42,883 nucleotides of DNA. Origin: Utricularia gibba. Lineage: Eukaryota; Plantae; Magnoliophyta. The DNA is taken from the NCBI GenBank assembly GCA_002189035.1, contig NEEC01000238.1, positions 1 to 42,883 of the forward strand. Direction: 5' to 3'. The translations under genes and the position numbers were made by a program. The notes under the pieces are model-generated. The model had not been told where the DNA came from. It worked only from the letters and a program-made list of their open reading frames with translations, and did not search any database. Of the stretch, positions 37,901 through 42,883 are shown in pieces (position 1 is the first letter of the stretch; every line of letters begins with the position of its first letter).

Positions 37901-40900
37901 ACCTCCTGCTCGATACCGTTGCCCCACGAGAGCGCCTCCTCAAATATAAAGCATGCGGTTGAGAAAACCATTTTGGGTGCTCATGAATCCTAACTTCAAT
38001 AACTGCATCACGATTTTCGTCGAGTAGGACCCGATGTGGCAAAGGAGTCAGACAGAACCTTGGTCAGAACGAAGTTCCAACGACATCACCCGCCAGAAAC
38101 GACAAGCTTTTCCTTGAGAAACTATGTAGGCAGCCTAACCGAACGTTAATAAATGCATCAATTTTTTTGCCGGGCTACAAATGACTCTGGGCCGAGCTCG
38201 ACTCGACCTCCTGCTCGATACCGTTGCCCCACGAGAGCGCCTTATCAAATATAAAGCATGCGGTTGAGAAAAATTTGGGTGCTCATGAAATCCTAACTTC
38301 AATAACTGCATCACGATTTTCGTCGAGTAGGACCAGATTTGGCAAAGGAGTCAGACCGAACCTTGGGTCAGAACGAAGTTCACAACGACATCACCCGCCA
38401 AAAACGAAAGCTTTTCCTTGAGAAACATGTAGGCAGCCTATTAAAACCAACGTTAATAAATGCATCAAGTTTTTTTGCCGAGCTACAAATGACTATGGGC
38501 CCGAGCTCGACTCGACCTCCTGCTCGATACCGTTGCCCCACGAGAGCCTTATCAAATATAAAGCATGCGCGTTGAGAAAACATTTTGGGTGCTCATGAAA
38601 TCCTAACTTCAATAACTGCATCACGATTTTCGTCGAGTAGGACCCGATGTGGCAAAGGAGTCAGACCGAACCTTGGGTCAGAACGAAGTTCCCAACGACA
38701 TCACCCGCCCAAACGACAAGCTTTTCCTTGAGAAACTATGTAGGCAGCCTAATAAAACCAACGTTAATAAATGCATCAATTTTTTTGCCGGGCTACAAAT
38801 GACTCTGGGCCCGAGCTCGACTCGACCTCCTGCTCGATACCGTTGCCCCACGAGAGCGCCTTATCAAATATAAAGCATGCGGTTGAGAAAACCATTTTGG
38901 GTGCTCATGAAATCCTAACTTCAATAACTGCATCACGATTTTCGTCGAGTAGGACCCGATGTGGCAAAGGAGTCAGACCGAACCTTGGGTCAGAACGAAG
39001 TTCACAACGACATCACCCGCCCAAAAACGACAAGCTTTTCCTTGAGAAACCATGTAGGCAGCCTTAAAACCAACGTTAATAAATGCATCAAGTTTTTTGC
39101 CGAGCTACAAATGACTATGGGCCCGAGCTCGACTCGACCTCCTGCTCGATACCGTTGCCCCACGAGAGCGCCTTATCAAATATAAAGCATGCGGTTGAGA
39201 AAACCATTTTGGGTGCTCATGAATCCTAACTTCAATAACTGCATCACGATTTTCGTCGAGTAGGACCCGATGTGGCAAAGGAGTCAGACAGAACCTTGGT
39301 CAGAACGAAGTTCCCAACGACATCACCCGCCAGAAACGACAAGCTTTTCCTTGAGAAACTATGTAGGCAGCCTAATAAAGCCGAACGTTAATAAATGCAT
39401 CATTTTTCCGGGCTACAAATGACTCTGGGCCGAGCTCGACTCGACCTCCTGCTCGATACCGTTGCCCCACGAGAGCGCCTTCAAATATAAAGCATGCGGT
39501 TGAGAAAACCATTTTGGGTGCTCATGAAATCCTAACTTCAATAACTGCATCACGATTTTCGTCGAGTAGGACCCGATGTGGCAAAGGAGTCAGACCGAAC
39601 CTTGGGTCAGAACGAAGTTCACAACGACATCACCCGCCCAAAAACGACAAGCTTTTCCTTGAGAAAACTATGTAGGCAGCTATTAAAACCCAACGTTAAT
39701 TAAATGCATCAAGTTTTTTTGCCGAGCTACAAATGACTCTGGGCCCGAGCTCGACTCGACCTCCTGCTCGATACCGTTGCCCCACGAGAGCGCCTCCTCA
39801 AATATAAAGCATGCGGTTGAGAAAACCATTTTGGGTGCTCATGAATCCTAACTTCAATAACTGCATCACGATTTTCGTCGAGTAGGACCCGATGTGGCAA
39901 AGGAGTCAGACCGAACCTTGGGTCAGAACGAAGTTCCAACGACATCACCCGCCAGAAACGACAAGCTTTTCCTTGAGAAACTATGTAGGCAGCCTAATAA
40001 AGCCGAACGTTAATAAATGCATCAATTTTTTGCCGGGCTACAAATGACTCTGGGCCGAGCTCGACTCGACCTCCTGCTCGATACCGTTGCCCCACGAGAG
40101 CGCCTTATCAAATATAAAGCATGCGGTTGAGAAAACCATTTTGGGTGCTCATGAAATCCTAACTTCAATAACTGCATCACGATTTTCGTCGAGTAGGACC
40201 CGATGTGGCAAAGGAGACAGACCGAACCTTGGTCAGAACGAAGTTCACAACGACATCACCCGCCCAAAAACGACAAGCTTTTCCTTGAGAAAACATGTAG
40301 GCAGCTATTAAACCCAACGTTAATAATGCATCAAGTTTTTTGCCGAGCTACAAATGACTATGGGCCCGAGCTCGACTCGACCTCCTGCTCGATACCGTTG
40401 CCCCACGAGAGCGCTTCAAATATAAAGCATGCGGTTGAGAAAACCATTTTGGGTGCTCATGAATCCTAACTTCAATAACTGCATCACGATTTTCGTCGAG
40501 TAGGACCCGATGTGGCAAAGGAGTCAGACCGAACCTTGGGTCAGAACGAAGTTCCAACGACATCACCCGCCAGAAACGACAAGCTTTTCCTTGAGAAACT
40601 ATGTAGGCAGCCTAATAAAGCCAACGTTAATAAATGCATCAATTTTTTGCCGGCTACAAATGACTCTGGGCCCGAGCTCGACTCGACCTCTGCTCGATAC
40701 CGTTGCCCCACGAGAGCGCCTTATCAAATATAAAGCATGCGGTTGAGAAAACCATTTTGGGTGCTCATGAAATCCTAACTTCAATAACTGCATCACGATT
40801 TTCGTCGAGTAGGACCCGATGTGGCAAAGGAGTCAGACCGAACTTGGTCAGAACGAAGTTCCACAACGACATCACCCGCCCAAAAACGACAAGCTTTTCC

Positions 40901-42591
40901 TTGAGAAACAATGTAGGCAGCCTATTAAAACCCAACGTTAATAAATGCATCAAGTTTTTTGCCGAGCTACAAATGACTATGGGCCCGAGCTCGACTCGAC
41001 CTCCTGCTCGATACCGTTGCCCCACGAGAGCGCCTCAAATATAAAGCATGCGGTTGAGAAAACCATTTTGGGTGCTCATGACATCCTAACTTCAATAACT
41101 GCATCACGATTTTCGTCGAGTAGGACCCGATGTGGCAAAGGAGTCAGACCGAACCTTGGTCAGAACGAAGTTCCCAACGACATCACCCGCCAGAAACGAC
41201 AAGCTTTTCCTTGAGAAACTATGTAGGCAGCCTAATAAACCAACGTTAATAAATGCATCAATTTTTTTGCCGGGCTACAAATGACTCTGGGCCGAGCTCG
41301 ACTCGACCTCCTGCTCGATACCGTTGCCCCACGAGAGTGCCTTATCAAATATAAAGCATGCGGTTGAGAAAACCATTTTGGGTGCTCATGAAATCCTAAC
41401 TTCAATAACTGCATCACGATTTTCGTCGAGTAGGACCGATTGGCAAAGGAGACAGACCGAACCTTGGGTCAGAACGAAGTTCACAACGAATCACCCGCCC
41501 AAAAACGACAAGCTTTTCCTTGAGAAAACAATGTAGGCGCTATTAAACCCAACGTTAATAATGCATCAAGTTTTTTGCCGAGCTACAAATGACTATGGGC
41601 CCGAGCTCGACTCGACCTCCTGCTCGATACCGTTGCCCCACGAGAGCGCCTCCTCAAATATAAAGCATGCGGTTGAGAAAACCATTTTGGGTGCTCATGA
41701 CATCCTAACTTCAATAACTGCATCACGATTTTCGTCGAGTAGGACCCGATGTGGCAAAGGAGTCAGACAGAACCTTGGGTCCGAACGAAGTTCCAACGAC
41801 ATCACCCGCCAGAAACGACAAGCTTTTCCTTGAGAAACTATGTAGGCAGCCTAATAAAGCCGAACGTTAATAAATGCATCAATTTTTTGCGGGCTACAAA
41901 TGACTCTGGGCCCGAGCTCGACTCGACCTCCTGCTCGATACCGTTGCCCCACGAGAGCGCCTTCAAATATAAAGCATGCGGTTGAGAAAACCATTTTGGG
42001 TGCTCATGAAATCCTAACTTCAATAACTGCATCACGATTTTCGTCGAGTAGGACCCGATGTGGCAAAGGAGTCAGACCGAACCTTGGGTCAGAACGAAGT
42101 TCCAACGACATCACCCGCCCAGAAAACGACAAGCTTTTCCTTGAGAAAATGTAGGCGCTATAAAACCAACGTTAATTAAATGCATCAAGTTTTTTGCCGG
42201 CTACAAATGACTATGGGCCGAGCTCGACTCGACCTCCTGCTCGATACCGTTGCCCCACGAGAGCCTCCTCAAATATAAAGCATGCGGTTGAGAAAACCAT
42301 TTTGGGTGCTCATGAATCCTAACTTCAATAACTGCATCACGATTTTCGTCGAGTAGGACCCGATGTGCAAAGGAGTCAGACCGAACCTTGGTCGAACGAA
42401 GTTCCCAACGACATCACCCGCCCAGAAACGACAAGCTTTTCCTTGAGAAACTATGTAGGCAGCCTAATAACCGAACGTTAATAAATGCATCAATTTTTTT
42501 GCCGGGCTACAAATGACTCTGGGCCGAGCTCGACTCGACCTCCTTGCTCGATACCGTTGCCCCACGAGAGCGCCTCCTCAAATATAAAGCA
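25922..42591 (+). repeat. HOR domain 2: strictly alternating P-Z dimer, 27 copies, mean ~617 bp
   Basis: 54 consecutive monomers alternate between two classes. P-type: GTTCACAACG, GCAGCTATTAAAA, CAAGTTT, GCCGAGCT, GACTATGGG, CCTGCTCG. Z-type: GTTCC(C)AACG, CCAGAAACG, AACTATGTAGG, CCTAATAAAGCCG, CAATTTT, GCCGGGCT, GACTCTGGG. Monomer starts are 25922 (P), 26232 (Z), 26527, 26833 ... 41977 (P), 42273 (Z). A few monomers are hybrids (28378, 35794, 41977), but the alternation is not broken. Confidence 0.9.
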
Positions 42592-42883
42592 TGCGGTTGA
42601 GAAAACATTTTGGGTGCTCATGAAATCCTAACTTCAATAACTGCATCACGATTTTCGTCGAGTAGGACCAGATTGGCAAAGGAGACAGACCGAACCTTGG
42701 GTCAGAACGAAGTTCACAACGACATCACCCGCCCAAAAACGACAAGCTTTTCCTTGAGAAAACCATTTAGGCAGCCTATTAAAACCAACGTTAATAAATG
42801 CATCAAGTTTTTGCCGAGCTACAAATGACTATGGGCCCGAGCTCGACTCGACCTCCTACTCGATACCGTTGCCCCACGAGAGC

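Larger units (their letters stand above)
1..42883 (+). repeat. Tandem satellite DNA array, ~310-bp monomer (consensus ~313-315 bp), 138 full copies plus one partial, single orientation
   Basis: The anchor (GCA)TGCG[G/A]TTGA recurs at 1, 311, 615, 927, 1236, 1543, 1854, 2157, 2470 ... 41977, 42273, 42592. This gives 138 intervals over 42,591 bp, a mean of 308.6 bp. Nearly every copy carries CTAACTTCAATAACTGCATCACGATTTTCGTCGAGTAGGACC and GACAAGCTTTTCCTTGAGAAA. I saw no non-satellite insert and no inversion while reading through. Confidence 0.99.

Noticed and set aside
25922-42591. Phase swap of the CCTCCTC allele from Y (left) to P (right) as a diagnostic recombination mark
   Set aside because: It is only a tendency (about 13 of 27 P against 6 of 27 Z monomers), and the site is often garbled (CCTTC), so it is not reliable by eye.
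55-42828. The many 60-177 aa ORFs on both strands (GAHEILTSITASRFSSSRT..., MHQVFCRATNDYGPELDST..., MMQLLKLGFHEHPKW...)
   Set aside because: The same peptide fragments recur at the monomer period in all frames. Boundaries shift with homopolymer indels, many starts are non-ATG, and I recognise no protein domain. They are translations of satellite DNA.
1-42883. CRISPR array or repeat-spacer system
   Set aside because: There are no unique spacers: the sequence between conserved blocks is itself repeated. The period is ~310 bp and there are no cas genes.
1-42883. 5S rDNA or other RNA gene tandem array (similar unit length; GCATGCGATTGA loosely resembles the 5S start GGATGCGATCA)
   Set aside because: The resemblance stops after ~10 nt, is present only at Y/X junctions, and no 120-nt 5S body follows.
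1-42883. Technical concatemer (rolling-circle or MDA artefact of one small template)
   Set aside because: Copies fall into discrete multi-SNP classes arranged in two different HOR domains, which re-reading one template plus random error cannot produce.

Overview
The whole 42,883-bp window is one uninterrupted, head-to-tail, single-orientation tandem satellite array. It holds 138 complete monomers plus one partial copy. Mean observed length is about 308.6 bp; the consensus I rebuilt by hand is about 313-315 bp and about 47% GC. I find no protein-coding gene, RNA gene, transposon or CRISPR array, and every listed ORF is a by-product of the repeat. The information lies in a nested hierarchy. (1) Each ~310-bp monomer is an old, diverged dimer of ~155-bp subunits. 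(2) Monomers fall into four variant classes, called X, Y, Z and P here. (3) These form two different ~620-bp dimeric higher-order repeats (HORs): an X-Y domain at ~1.5-25.3 kb, interrupted by inserted Z or P-Z units, and a strictly alternating P-Z domain at 25.9-42.6 kb (27 dimers). (4) A possible 17-monomer (~5.25 kb) duplication sits at 9.5-20.1 kb. Length, GC content and a SacI site in most monomers resemble, from memory and unverified, the Silene latifolia subtelomeric SacI/X43.1 satellite. Frequent homopolymer-length changes suggest unpolished long-read sequence, so single-copy indels are unreliable. The window offers chromosome-structural and evolutionary information, not a new gene system.
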